Origin: Planctomycetota bacterium
Lineage (GTDB): Bacteria; Planctomycetota; UBA1135; UBA2386
Direction of reading: 5' to 3'
Length of the DNA stretch: 64,000 bases
Assembly: GCA_965228735.1 (NCBI GenBank)
Contig: OZ245838.1
Span: forward strand, 2,400,001-2,464,000
Shown here piece by piece: positions 28,633 through 38,219 of the stretch; positions within the stretch are counted from its first letter, which is position 1, and every line of letters begins with the position of its first letter. The notes below the pieces were generated by a model. That model saw only the letters and a program-made list of their open reading frames with translations, was not told the DNA's origin and did not search any database. Both the position numbers and the translations under genes were made by a program.

Positions 28633-30213
28633 TCAGCTCTTTGCCGCGGCGGCCGGACGGTTCGGGTCGGCGTTCGTGCCGGTCGACCGCGGGGCCGCCT
28701 TCGGCTTCCGCTTGAGGCGGAGCTTGCGCATCGTCTCCTGGAGGAACGACTCCATCTTGGAGGTCTCGCGCCCGCGGAGGAAGTTCCAGCCGATGCGGAA
28801 CCACCGGGTCGGGCGCAGGAGCAGGCTGCGCACGTAGAATGCGCGCACGACGCGATACTTCCAGCGCGTCAGCTCCTTGGCGGTGAAGTTCTCGTTGTAC
28901 TTCCGGTCCTCGCTGAGGAACGTGTTGTGCACGTAGATCGGCAGCTTGAGGAACGCGTCGTCGTAGACGACCTTGCCTTCCTTCTCGAGCTGGCGGGTGA
29001 TCTCGGTGTTGGGCAGCGGGAAGAAGAAACCCGCGGAGACGTCGTCGATGCCGGCCTTGCCGAGGCGGGCGGCGAGCTCGACCGAGGCGCGCATGTCCTC
29101 CTCTTCATCCGTCGGGTAGGCGAGGACGAAGAACGCGCCGACGTTGAGCCCCGCCTTGACCGACGCGCGCACGGCACGGAAGAGCTTCTCGTCGGTCAGC
29201 ATCTTCTTCATGTGCTTGCGGGTGCGCTCGCTGCCCGACTCGGGCGCGAAGTTGAGCGAGCGGCAACCGCTGCGGACGAGCAGGCGCGCGACCTCCTCGT
29301 CGATCACTTCGCTGCGCGTGCCGGCCGGTAGCTGCCAGTTGATCTTCAGGCCGCGGTTCTCGACCTCCCTGCAGAACTCGACGACCCAGTCACGCTTGAG
29401 GATCGCCGTGAGATCCTGGAACGGGAAGTTGGTCGCGCCGTACTTGTCGTGGTAGTGCTGGATCTCGTCGAGCACATCCTTCGGCGTGCGCGCATACCAC
29501 CGCGTCGTCCACATGTTGGGCGAACTGCAGTAGGTGCACTGGTAGGGACAGCCGCGCGTCGCGAGGATCGGCACCGTCTTGCCGTAGTAGATGCCGCTGA
29601 CGAGACGGTTGCTCGAGTAGGCCTCGACGTCGAAGAACTCCCACGCCGGCCACGGGATCTCGTCGACGGTCTTGATGCGGTCGCGACGTGGGTTCTGCTG
29701 CAGCGTGCCGTCTTCGGCGCGATACATGATCCCGGGTATGACGGTGTGATCGAGGCCGAGCTCGAGCGCGCGGAACAACGCGACGGCGGTCTCCTCGCCT
29801 TCGCCGAGCACGAGGTAGTCGATCGGCGCCTGCTCCATCGAGAGCTCGGGCACGGCAGTGAAGTGTTCGCCACCGCAGACGATCGTGATGTCCGGCAACG
29901 CCCGGCGAATCGCCTGAATCAGCTCGCGAACGATCGGCCAGCTGTAGCTCCACATGCTGGTGATGCCGATGGCCTCGGTCTCGGCCGGGATGCGCTCGAT
30001 GATCTCTTCGGGCGTCAGCCCGAGGCGCCAGATGTCGCCGTCGGGGATCATCTTCTCCGGCGCCTCGCCGAGGGCATCGATGACGTGGATGTCGTGACCG
30101 TCGTCGCGCAGCACGGCCGCCACGTAGGCGAGGCCGAGCGGCAGACTCGGACGGAGCGCGGTCAGGCCATTCTTGTTGATGTAGACCGGCGGGTGAATCA
30201 GCGTGACGTTCAT
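28633..30213 (-). CDS. Cobalamin-binding radical SAM protein
   Basis: PLGLAYVAA, GGEHFT, GEGE; TRGCPYQCTYC (CxxxCxxC); ESGS. Confidence 0.92.
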   Translation of the reverse strand: MNVTLIHPPVYINKNGLTALRPSLPLGLAYVAAVLRDDGHDIHVIDALGEAPEKMIPDGDIWRLGLTPEEIIERIPAETEAIGITSMWSYSWPIVRELIQAIRRALPDITIVCGGEHFTAVPELSMEQAPIDYLVLGEGEETAVALFRALELGLDHTVIPGIMYRAEDGTLQQNPRRDRIKTVDEIPWPAWEFFDVEAYSSNRLVSGIYYGKTVPILATRGCPYQCTYCSSPNMWTTRWYARTPKDVLDEIQHYHDKYGATNFPFQDLTAILKRDWVVEFCREVENRGLKINWQLPAGTRSEVIDEEVARLLVRSGCRSLNFAPESGSERTRKHMKKMLTDEKLFRAVRASVKAGLNVGAFFVLAYPTDEEEDMRASVELAARLGKAGIDDVSAGFFFPLPNTEITRQLEKEGKVVYDDAFLKLPIYVHNTFLSEDRKYNENFTAKELTRWKYRVVRAFYVRSLLLRPTRWFRIGWNFLRGRETSKMESFLQETMRKLRLKRKPKAAPRSTGTNADPNRPAAAAKS

Positions 30214-30422
30214 GCGGCGAGGCGGGCTCCAGGTGCCCGGAGGACTATACCATCGGCAACTAGCCCCAAGACGGGGCGATTTCATTACCCACAACCTTCA
30301 CGGCCCGGACCGACAGGTTCTAAACTCGCGTGACTACGGAAGGTTGAAGGCGTCATCCCGGTCCGAGACCGAACCGGAAGCGGGAACCCCAGCCCGATCC
30401 CGACGTTCTCGCCATCAGCATC

Positions 30423-31463
30423 ATGCATCGAATCCCTCGCCATCTCCTCGCCGGCATCGCCGCGGTCACGACCCTGATCGTTTGCGCCTCGGCGCAACGC
30501 GGCCCCCAGCCCGGGCCGTGGTCCCGCAGCAAGATCCCGGACGGCTGGGTCGTCCACAAGACGAAGAACTACGAGATCCAGTCCCAGTGCGGCGAAGAGA
30601 AGGCCGAACGCCTCGGCGATCACATGGAGGCGTTGAACATGGTCTATCGCAAGCTGTTCCGGCCCTTCAAGGGCGGAACGAAGCAGCAGGTGATCAAGCT
30701 GTTCAAGAACGAGAAGGCCTACCGCGCCTACGGCGGGCCGGCCGGCTCGGGGGCGTATTACTACCGCGCCGAACGCGAGATGGTCTGCTTCGACAGCGGT
30801 ATCTGGATGGACGAGGAGAACACCTCGCCGACGACCGGACCGAAATCGGAAGTGCAGAAGCGCCTCGAAGCGCGCCGCAAGATCTTCGAGCTCGACACCC
30901 TCGGCTGCGCCGCGCACGAAGGCTGGCACCAGTACTTCTCCTGGCTCGTCGTGAGCATGGTCGAGTTGCCCTCGTGGCTCAACGAGGGCATGGGCGACTA
31001 CTTCTACGCCGCCCGACCACACGCGAAGCCGACGCGCCGCAACCCGGCGAAACTCGGCCTCGTGAACAAGATGCGCCTCGGGGTCATCCGCGCCGCGATT
31101 CGTCAGAACCGCTGGGTGCCGATTCCCGACCTGCTGTCCTACTCGCAGGCGCAGTACTACTCCAACCCGAGCGTGTGCTACGCCGAGGGCTGGCTGCTGT
31201 GCAACTTCCTGCTGCACTCCGGCAACAAGAAGTACGAAGAGGTCATCCCCACGTTCATCAAGCTCGTCAAGAACGACACCAACATGGACGACGTGACGGC
31301 GAAGGCGTTCGACGGCATCGATCTCGAGAAGCTGGACGCCGAAGTCCTCGAGTACGCCGCGACGCTGCGCCTGCCGGGCGACGAGCCCGAAGAGGAGAAG
31401 GACGGCGACGGCAAGAAGGACGGCAAGAAGGGCAGCAAGAAGGCGCAGGGCGACGGCAAGTAG
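30423..31463 (+). CDS. Secreted DUF1570-like zinc metallopeptidase-fold protein
   Basis: Signal peptide; HEGWHQ..PSWLNEGMGDYF; YAEGW. Confidence 0.8.
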   Translation: MHRIPRHLLAGIAAVTTLIVCASAQRGPQPGPWSRSKIPDGWVVHKTKNYEIQSQCGEEKAERLGDHMEALNMVYRKLFRPFKGGTKQQVIKLFKNEKAYRAYGGPAGSGAYYYRAEREMVCFDSGIWMDEENTSPTTGPKSEVQKRLEARRKIFELDTLGCAAHEGWHQYFSWLVVSMVELPSWLNEGMGDYFYAARPHAKPTRRNPAKLGLVNKMRLGVIRAAIRQNRWVPIPDLLSYSQAQYYSNPSVCYAEGWLLCNFLLHSGNKKYEEVIPTFIKLVKNDTNMDDVTAKAFDGIDLEKLDAEVLEYAATLRLPGDEPEEEKDGDGKKDGKKGSKKAQGDGK

Positions 31464-31481
31464 ACCCGCCGGCCGCGCCGT

Positions 31482-32942
31482 CTACTTCGGCGTCACGCGC
31501 CAGACACCGCCCGCCGTGCCGACGATATCGAACGCGGCGCGCAGCTTCTCGAGGATCACCGGGCCGACGAGTTCGTCGTTGGTCGGCACGTCGAGCGTGG
31601 CCTTCTCGGCGAGCATCGCGCCGCGTGGATCCTCGAGGTTCTGCATCGCGGACGGTGTCGCGAGCACCGCGAGGCCGTCGGCGTGCTGCTGCTTGAGGAA
31701 ATACTCGATGACGGCGATCTCGCGCGGCGCAACCTTGTCGCGACGGCGCGCCGCGAGCGTGCGAAGCCAGATGAAATCGTCGCTGTCGAGCGTCGCGTAG
31801 GCGCTGCCGAGCTCGCGGTGGCTGCCGATCAGCACGTACGGCTGCTGCTCACCTGCCGCCTGCGCGACGCCCGCCGCGAAGGCCTTGTCCTCCTCGCGCT
31901 GTTCGTGCAGGTGGGCGAGCGGCCCGCGATACCAGCCGACGAACGAGAACACGAGCATCAGGTACACGTACGGCTTCGTCCCGAGTCGCCGCGCGATGAG
32001 CATCGCCGCGGGCAGCGTCATCGGCAGCAGGTAAGCGCCGTACTCGGGTTCGAAGACGAGCTGCCGCACCGACACGTAGAGATACGGCACGAAGCCGATC
32101 GCGAACGCGACGAACTCACGCCGCAGCGGCCGGCGGAACGGCGCGAGGAACACCAGCAACGACAGCGGCAGCCACGGCAGGATCCACTCCTGCACGAGGA
32201 TGTCCCACGCGTAGTCGAGGCTCTGCGGTCGCCCGATGGAGCCTTCCTTCTGCAGCCCTTCGCCGAGTTCGGCCCAGTGCCCGTAGACGTGATCGAAGAG
32301 CTGCGGCAGCACGAGGATCAGCCCGGCGTGCACGACGCCCGCCGTCGCGGCGAGCAGCACGTTGCGCGTCGTGACTCCGCGCCGCATCACGAAGAACGCG
32401 AGCAGCCACGCGGGCAGCAGCGCCTGCTGACTGTGGATCAGGAACGGCAGGTGGCACATCGCGCCGAGCCGCGCCATACCGCCGAGCGACGGTGCCTTGA
32501 TCTGCACGGTGAGCCACCAGAAGCACAGCCCCATCGGCGCGAGCATCGGGCCGTGGAACTCGACGACGGTCGCGAACGTGAGCGTCATCGGGGACGTGGC
32601 GAACAGCGCGGTCGCGAACCGCGCGAGCCGCGGGTCCATGCCGAGCCGCCCCATGCCCGCACGCGCGCAGCCGACACCGATCGCCGCGCCGACCGCGGAG
32701 AACCACACGCCGAGCTGCAGCAGTCCGGGTTCGAGGCCGACGAGCGCGAGCAGCCAGCGGAACGCGGACAGCGCCGGCAGATAGCCCGGATGCCACGGGT
32801 GTGCGTCACCCTGGTCGAGCAGGCGCACGATGTCGATGCCGTCGACCTTGTAGAAGCTGTCGGCGCCGAGCAGCAGGTAGAGCACGAGCGCGCCCGCGGC
32901 GAACGCGAGCACCTCACCCCAGCCGCGCCCCGATCGGCTCAT
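31482..32942 (-). CDS. Polytopic membrane protein (possible GT-C-like glycosyltransferase)
   Basis: Many hydrophobic helices; VDG..HPWHPGY loop; ATVVE. The function is inferred. Confidence 0.7.
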   Translation of the reverse strand: MSRSGRGWGEVLAFAAGALVLYLLLGADSFYKVDGIDIVRLLDQGDAHPWHPGYLPALSAFRWLLALVGLEPGLLQLGVWFSAVGAAIGVGCARAGMGRLGMDPRLARFATALFATSPMTLTFATVVEFHGPMLAPMGLCFWWLTVQIKAPSLGGMARLGAMCHLPFLIHSQQALLPAWLLAFFVMRRGVTTRNVLLAATAGVVHAGLILVLPQLFDHVYGHWAELGEGLQKEGSIGRPQSLDYAWDILVQEWILPWLPLSLLVFLAPFRRPLRREFVAFAIGFVPYLYVSVRQLVFEPEYGAYLLPMTLPAAMLIARRLGTKPYVYLMLVFSFVGWYRGPLAHLHEQREEDKAFAAGVAQAAGEQQPYVLIGSHRELGSAYATLDSDDFIWLRTLAARRRDKVAPREIAVIEYFLKQQHADGLAVLATPSAMQNLEDPRGAMLAEKATLDVPTNDELVGPVILEKLRAAFDIVGTAGGVWRVTPK

Positions 32943-32970
32943 CGCCTATCTCGAATCCTCGAAGGGCCCG

Positions 32971-34302
32971 TCACCGCTCGTCGAGGATGACCTTGTCGCG
33001 CTTGCGGAACACGATGCGGATCGGTACCTCGGTCACGCCGAACGCGTCACGCAGCGTCTGCTCGAGATAGCGCGCGTACTGCCCCTTGAAGACCTTGGGC
33101 TCGTTCACGAACACGAGCACGGACAGCGGCCCGGTGCCGATCTGGGTCCCGTAGAACAGCTTGGGGAAGCCGCCGCTCGAAGGCACGAGCTTCTCGCGCG
33201 CCTTCTGCAGCACCTCGTTGAGCTTGGCCGTCGGGATCTTGATCTGCGACTGCTCCCGCAGCTCGAACATGAGCTCGAGCGTCTGCACGACGTTGATGCC
33301 GTCCTTCGCCGACATGAACGACACGGGCGCGTGGTCGAGCCCGGGCAGCTGCTGCTTGATGTAGGCGTCCCACTTCTCGAGGTCGACCTCGGGCGCGAGG
33401 TCGATCTTGTTGCCGACGAGGATGACCGGCTTGTTGTGCTGCACGCAGTAGGCCGACAGCGTCTTGTCGACCTGGCTGATCGGCTCGCGCACGTCGAACA
33501 TGTGGATGCACACCCCCGCGCGGCGAATGCTCTCGTTGCTGCGCGAGTGCGCGAAGATCTCGATCGCGTGTTCGACGCTCTTCTTCTTGCGCACGCCCGC
33601 GGTGTCGATCGCCAGGAGCGTGCGGCCGTCGAGGCTGAAGACGACATCGACGGCGTCGCGCGTCGTGCCCGCGATCTCGGAGACGATCACGCGTTCCTCG
33701 CCCGCGAGTTGGTTGATCAGCGTCGACTTGCCCGAGTTGCGCTTGCCGATGACCGCGAACTGCAGCGTGTCGGCCGGCAGGTCGATGTCGGCATGGATGT
33801 CCTCCTCGGGGAGCTCCGCGAGGATGCGCTGCAGCAGGTCCGTGCAGCCGAACCCCTCCTTGGCGCTGATCGCGAGCGGCTCGCCGAAGCCGAGGCGCTG
33901 CCAGACGTGGACCTCGAGCTCTTCGTTCCACGACTCGATCTTGTTGGCGATGAGCACGACCTTCTTGTCGAGCTTGCGCAGCCGCTGCGCGACCATGTCG
34001 TCGCCGGGCACGCGCCCCTCCTTGCCGTCGACGACGAACAGCACGAGGTCGGCCGTCTCGATCGCGACCGCGATCTGGGTCTCGACGTGCTCCTTGAGCT
34101 GGGCCTCGTCGACGAGTCCGAGTCCGCCGGTGTCCGTGAGCTCGAACGAGCGGCCCTCGTGCGTCACCGTGGCCGAGATCCGGTCGCGGGTGACGCCCGC
34201 GGTCGGCTCGACGATGGACACGCGGCGGCCGACGAGCCGGTTGAGCAGGCTGGATTTGCCGACGTTGGGGCGGCCGACGATGCTGACGCGGGGAATGGGC
34301 AC
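32971..34302 (-). CDS. der: Ribosome biogenesis GTPase Der (EngA)
   Basis: Two G domains: GRPNVGKS/GVTRD/DTGG/NKIE and GKRNSGKS/GTTRD/DTAG/NKID, plus a KH-like tail; GTG start inferred. Confidence 0.96.
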   Translation of the reverse strand: MPIPRVSIVGRPNVGKSSLLNRLVGRRVSIVEPTAGVTRDRISATVTHEGRSFELTDTGGLGLVDEAQLKEHVETQIAVAIETADLVLFVVDGKEGRVPGDDMVAQRLRKLDKKVVLIANKIESWNEELEVHVWQRLGFGEPLAISAKEGFGCTDLLQRILAELPEEDIHADIDLPADTLQFAVIGKRNSGKSTLINQLAGEERVIVSEIAGTTRDAVDVVFSLDGRTLLAIDTAGVRKKKSVEHAIEIFAHSRSNESIRRAGVCIHMFDVREPISQVDKTLSAYCVQHNKPVILVGNKIDLAPEVDLEKWDAYIKQQLPGLDHAPVSFMSAKDGINVVQTLELMFELREQSQIKIPTAKLNEVLQKAREKLVPSSGGFPKLFYGTQIGTGPLSVLVFVNEPKVFKGQYARYLEQTLRDAFGVTEVPIRIVFRKRDKVILDER

Positions 34303-34416
34303 GGGATTGGGGGCGAGCACGATACGGCGGGATCGCGGCGACCGCCAGTTGCCCGTTCTTTCCCGGGTGGGAACGTCGTCGCTAACGGTCGCGAGCGCCC
34401 GGACGTCAGACGCGCG

Positions 34417-35145
34417 ATGGACCCGATCCTCCGATCCGGCCGGTCGCTGCTCGCGGCCGGCGTCTGCGCTCTCGTCGTTCTCGCTCTCGTCGCTGCCACG
34501 GGCTGCACGAGCCACGCCGGCAGCGACCTCGACGCCCTGCTCGTGGCGCTCTCGACCGGGGAGACCTCCGCGACCGACCCGTGGTCCGACCCGCGCTGGG
34601 CCGCGCTGCGCGACGACCCCGAGATCAGGCCAATGCTGACGCGGTCGCTGCGGCAGCACGTCGAGGCCGTGGCCACGGAGTCCGACGGCGTGCACGAGGC
34701 CGTGATCACGACGGGGGACGAACCCGGCAAGCCGCTCGAGGTCATGGCCCGGGTGGTCGACGAAGGCGGCGACCCGGTCACCGGCGCGCTGCTGTTCGTC
34801 TACCACGCCGACCACGAGGGCCGCTACTCACCCGAAGCCACGGCTCCCGGCGACGGCGAACGCAACGCCCGCCTCTTCGCCTGGGTCACGACCGACGACC
34901 GCGGCGAATGCCGCATCCGCACGATCCTGCCCGGCCGCTACGGCGGCGCCCCGCCCCACTTCCACTTCGGCGTCCGCCGCGAACCCGGCGGCGAACGCCA
35001 GGGCGGCGGCCTCTACTTCGAGGGCGGCGACTGGCCGATCGACGCCGAGATCCGCAGCGACGCGCAGTCGGGCCCCGCGATCCTGGTCCCCGTCACCCGC
35101 ACGACGAGCGGCAAGTGGACGGCGACCGCAACGATCACACCGTGA
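34417..35145 (+). CDS. Exported intradiol ring-cleavage dioxygenase-like protein
   Basis: EPGKPLEV..RVVD, YHADHEGRY, TDDRG..RTILPGRY, PPHFHF; N-terminal hydrophobic signal ending ATGC. Confidence 0.8.
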   Translation: MDPILRSGRSLLAAGVCALVVLALVAATGCTSHAGSDLDALLVALSTGETSATDPWSDPRWAALRDDPEIRPMLTRSLRQHVEAVATESDGVHEAVITTGDEPGKPLEVMARVVDEGGDPVTGALLFVYHADHEGRYSPEATAPGDGERNARLFAWVTTDDRGECRIRTILPGRYGGAPPHFHFGVRREPGGERQGGGLYFEGGDWPIDAEIRSDAQSGPAILVPVTRTTSGKWTATATITP

Positions 35146-35150
35146 AGAAG

Positions 35151-35183
35151 GTGGCGGTACCGAACCCGTTTCGAATCCGCCAC
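35151..35183 (+). repeat. Intact 33-bp REP-like hairpin (sister copy of the intron target)
   Basis: GTGGCGG-TAC-CGAA-CCCGT-TTCG-AAT-CCGCCAC; 31/33 identical to the copy split by the intron (37259-37243 joined to 35250-35235). Confidence 0.9.
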
Positions 35184-35250
35184 CGCCAGCTCGGCGCCAA
35201 GGCCAATCGGAACGGCGATTGCGTGGGCGGCGCCGTGGCGGATTCGAAAC

Positions 35251-37242
35251 GCCGGGTGGCCCTGGGGGTCTCCCCCCAGGGCTCCCACAGATCCGGACGT
35301 GCGCGGCTAACGCATCCGGCTCGTCAGCGACAAGGGCTCGCTGCGTAGACCGACCGGGTCAGCCGGGGCGGAGGAAGCGGGTATGCACGCAGCAGTTGCT
35401 CGAAGCGGGCCCACGACATGTAGGCCGCCCGCGAGCGCCGGCTCAGCCACCGATGCCAGATGCGACGGGCCTCGTACCATACGCGACGTAACGCAGCAGA
35501 GTTGCCGGTCACGCCGAAGTAGAGGTAGTGCCCCCGTAGCTTCGAGCACAGGGTGGAGTACTGGACGCGGACCTTGTCGTGCCGATTGCGACGGCACCAA
35601 TCCCGTAGCCCAGTCAGGGTACGGGTCACGACGTGTCGTGTGGTGCGCCGCTGCACGGTCCATCGGCCGCGCCGGGAGCGTGACCAGTGATGGGTGAAGC
35701 CCAGGAAGTCGAAAGTGCCGCTCCCCGCCGCGCCGTCTTCGGGCGGTTGGAAGCGGACTAACCGGGTCTTGTCCGGATGCAGTGTGAGGCCGAAGCGCCC
35801 GAGCCTTTGGGCCAGGATCGACGACATCGCACGTGCATCGGCTTCGACGGCAAACAGGATCACGAAGTCGTCCGCATAGCGGACCAACTCCGCGCGACCG
35901 GCAAGCCTCGGCTTGACTTCCTCGACAAACCAACGGTCCAGCACTGCGTGCAAATAGATGTTCGCCAGCAGCGGCGAAATCACGCCTCCTTGTGGGGTGC
36001 CTTTGCGAGAGCGATGCAGCGCACCGTCCTCCTGCACCCCCGCCTTCAGCCACTTGTCGATCAGTCGACGGAACACTCCGTCGCGCACCCGCTGGTCGAG
36101 GATCGCTCGCAGATGGGTCGGCTCCAGGTTGTCGAAGAAACCTTGGATGTCGACTTCCAATAGCCAGCCGCCACCCATCGACATCGCATGCTTCCAAAGC
36201 GATTCCAGTGCCGTGTGCGGCGAGCGACCGGGACGGAAGCCGTGCGAGCAGTCCAAGAAGTCCTGCTCATATACCGCCTCCATCACTTGCGTCACCGCCC
36301 GCTGCAAGACCTTGTCCTCCAGCGTCGGCACTCCGATTGGACGCGTGCCACCCTTCCCTTTCGGGATGTGCACGCGCCGGACCGGTGGTGCGCGATAGCG
36401 CCCTGACTTCGCGCGTTCGTGCAGGTCCGCGAGGTTGCCCTCGAGATCCTGCTCGTAGTCGCGAGCCGTGACGCCGTCGACACCAGGAGCTTTGGACTTC
36501 TGCGTGCGGCGATACGCCTCCCGCAGAAGCGCGATGTCCATGTGGTGTGCCAGTGTGGTCAGGACCAGGTCTGGTCGCTGCCTCGCCAGCTCCGCTACCC
36601 GCCGGAGTTTCGTGGAGACCTGCTCGGAGCCCGTCGTCTCCGTGGTCGGTCCGTCCAGCGGTTCCTTGTCGCCGGTGACGCCCTTCCCTCCGCCGGGTCC
36701 CCGTGGGGCGGGTTCCCCGGACTCTTTGGTACTATGACGCACTCCGACTCCCTCGTTGGCGTCCCGCGTCGCTTCGTTTCCTTCGCTCGGCGGTACCGGC
36801 CGTGTGTCCGGATTCCTTGACGGCACCGACGCGGACACGACGTCGCGGCCCTGGAGAGTTGGTTTCCGGGCCCCAGCCGGAGTTGACGATCGGACCAATC
36901 GAGGGGATCCCAGGTTCCTGGGGAGTCCGATGGATGCGTGCGGTCGTTCTCAGGACCCCGGAGAGACTTCCGGGCCAAGCCGGTTGCGGCCCTTCCATGT
37001 TGCCTTCCGATGAACCCACCACGTCGGCTCTCTCGCTGTCGGTACTTTCGGGGCTCAGTCGCGCCGCCCACATCCTCGCTGTCTACGCTTCGCAGCGGCG
37101 GTTACCCGGTCGCCACGCAAGACTCGCTTCCGGCTGGTGGCTAGCCTTCGCCGGGCGGGTTTCGTCACCCGCGGGACTCCAATACGGGGTTCTCATTCCT
37201 GTCAGGTCATGATTTCTCCCGTCCAGGCTTCGCCTGGCGCAA
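35251..37242 (-). mobile_element. Complete group II intron (1992 nt)
   Basis: 5' end TTGCGCCAGG; EBS2 GTACCG (37040-37045) and EBS1 GGGTTC (37012-37017); domain V GAGCCGGATGCG..CACGTCCGGATC (about 35322-35289); domain VI hairpin with bulged A at 35257. Removing the intron restores the REP hairpin. Confidence 0.95.
35324..36658 (-). CDS. ltrA: Group II intron reverse transcriptase/maturase without an endonuclease domain
   Basis: APGVDG, RRVHIPK, RPIGVP..DK, GFRPGRS, GTPQGGVISPLLANIYL, RYADD, FDFLGF; ends after the X domain. Start uncertain (CTG at 36658 assumed). Confidence 0.93.
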   Translation of the reverse strand: MDGPTTETTGSEQVSTKLRRVAELARQRPDLVLTTLAHHMDIALLREAYRRTQKSKAPGVDGVTARDYEQDLEGNLADLHERAKSGRYRAPPVRRVHIPKGKGGTRPIGVPTLEDKVLQRAVTQVMEAVYEQDFLDCSHGFRPGRSPHTALESLWKHAMSMGGGWLLEVDIQGFFDNLEPTHLRAILDQRVRDGVFRRLIDKWLKAGVQEDGALHRSRKGTPQGGVISPLLANIYLHAVLDRWFVEEVKPRLAGRAELVRYADDFVILFAVEADARAMSSILAQRLGRFGLTLHPDKTRLVRFQPPEDGAAGSGTFDFLGFTHHWSRSRRGRWTVQRRTTRHVVTRTLTGLRDWCRRNRHDKVRVQYSTLCSKLRGHYLYFGVTGNSAALRRVWYEARRIWHRWLSRRSRAAYMSWARFEQLLRAYPLPPPRLTRSVYAASPCR

Positions 37243-37267
37243 GGGTTCCGTACCGCCATGCCCGCCA

Positions 37268-38209
37268 TCACGTTCGCCGGTGGCGCCAGCGGTCGAGGCC
37301 GACGGCGACGATGATGATCGCGCCGACGAGCATCTCCTGCTGGTAGGTCGCGATGCCCTCGACGGTGCAGCCGTCCTCGAGCAGCGTCATCCAGAGCGCG
37401 CCGAGCAGCGCGCCGAGCACGGTGCCTTCGCCGCCCGCGAGGCTGCCGCCGCCGATCACGACCGCGGCGATGACCTTGAGCTCGAGGCCGATGCCGCCCG
37501 ACGGGCTGCCGGACCGCACGCGCGCGAAGAAGAAGACGCCGGCGAGCGCGGCCATGAGGCCGCAGAGCGCGTAGATCCGCAGCTTGACCCAGCCGACGGG
37601 CACGCCGCAGAGCCGCGCGTTCTTCTCGTTGCTGCCCGTCGCGTAGGCGTGGACGCCGAACGGTGTGCGCGCGAGGACGACGCCGAGAACGAGCGCGAGC
37701 AGGAGCGTGAGCCAGACGGCCGGCGCGAGCAGCAGCCACTCGGGATCGGGGACACTCTGCAGCCAATCCGGCAGCCAACCGGGGTCGGCCTGCACTTCGC
37801 GATTGCCGGCGAACCACTTCGCCAGGCCGCGCGCGATGCCCATCGTCCCGAGCGTCACGAGGAACGGGCCGATGCCGAAGCGCACGACGAGAACGCCGTT
37901 GAGCAGGCCGAGCAGCGTGCCGACGAGCAGCCCGACCGCGCACGACGGCACCACGCCCCACTCCGCCTGTCGCATCACGGCGGTCGTCACGGCGGACAGC
38001 GCCGCGACCGAACCGACCGACAGGTCGATCCCGCCGGACACGACGACGAACGTCATCCCGATCGCAACGAGCGCCACGATCACGGTGTGCGATGCGGCCG
38101 TGAGCAGGAACTGGCTCGAGAAGAACACGCCCGGCTTGCTCAACGCAAACCACACGAAGACGAAGAAGAACCCGATCAGCGGGCCGAGAACGGCGGGCAG
38201 ACGCTTCAT
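37268..38209 (-). CDS. Sugar ABC transporter permease (RbsC-like)
   Basis: GGIDLSVGS, FLVTLGTM, GSNEKNARLCGV, IAAVVIGGGSLAGG. Confidence 0.93.
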   Translation of the reverse strand: MKRLPAVLGPLIGFFFVFVWFALSKPGVFFSSQFLLTAASHTVIVALVAIGMTFVVVSGGIDLSVGSVAALSAVTTAVMRQAEWGVVPSCAVGLLVGTLLGLLNGVLVVRFGIGPFLVTLGTMGIARGLAKWFAGNREVQADPGWLPDWLQSVPDPEWLLLAPAVWLTLLLALVLGVVLARTPFGVHAYATGSNEKNARLCGVPVGWVKLRIYALCGLMAALAGVFFFARVRSGSPSGGIGLELKVIAAVVIGGGSLAGGEGTVLGALLGALWMTLLEDGCTVEGIATYQQEMLVGAIIIVAVGLDRWRHRRT

Positions 38210-38219
38210 CCGAACGACC

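Noticed and set aside
35324..36898. Retron, DGR or defence-associated reverse transcriptase
   Set aside because: Domain V/VI RNA, EBS/IBS pairing and the X domain identify a group II intron. The listed 524-aa start at 36898 lies within ribozyme sequence.
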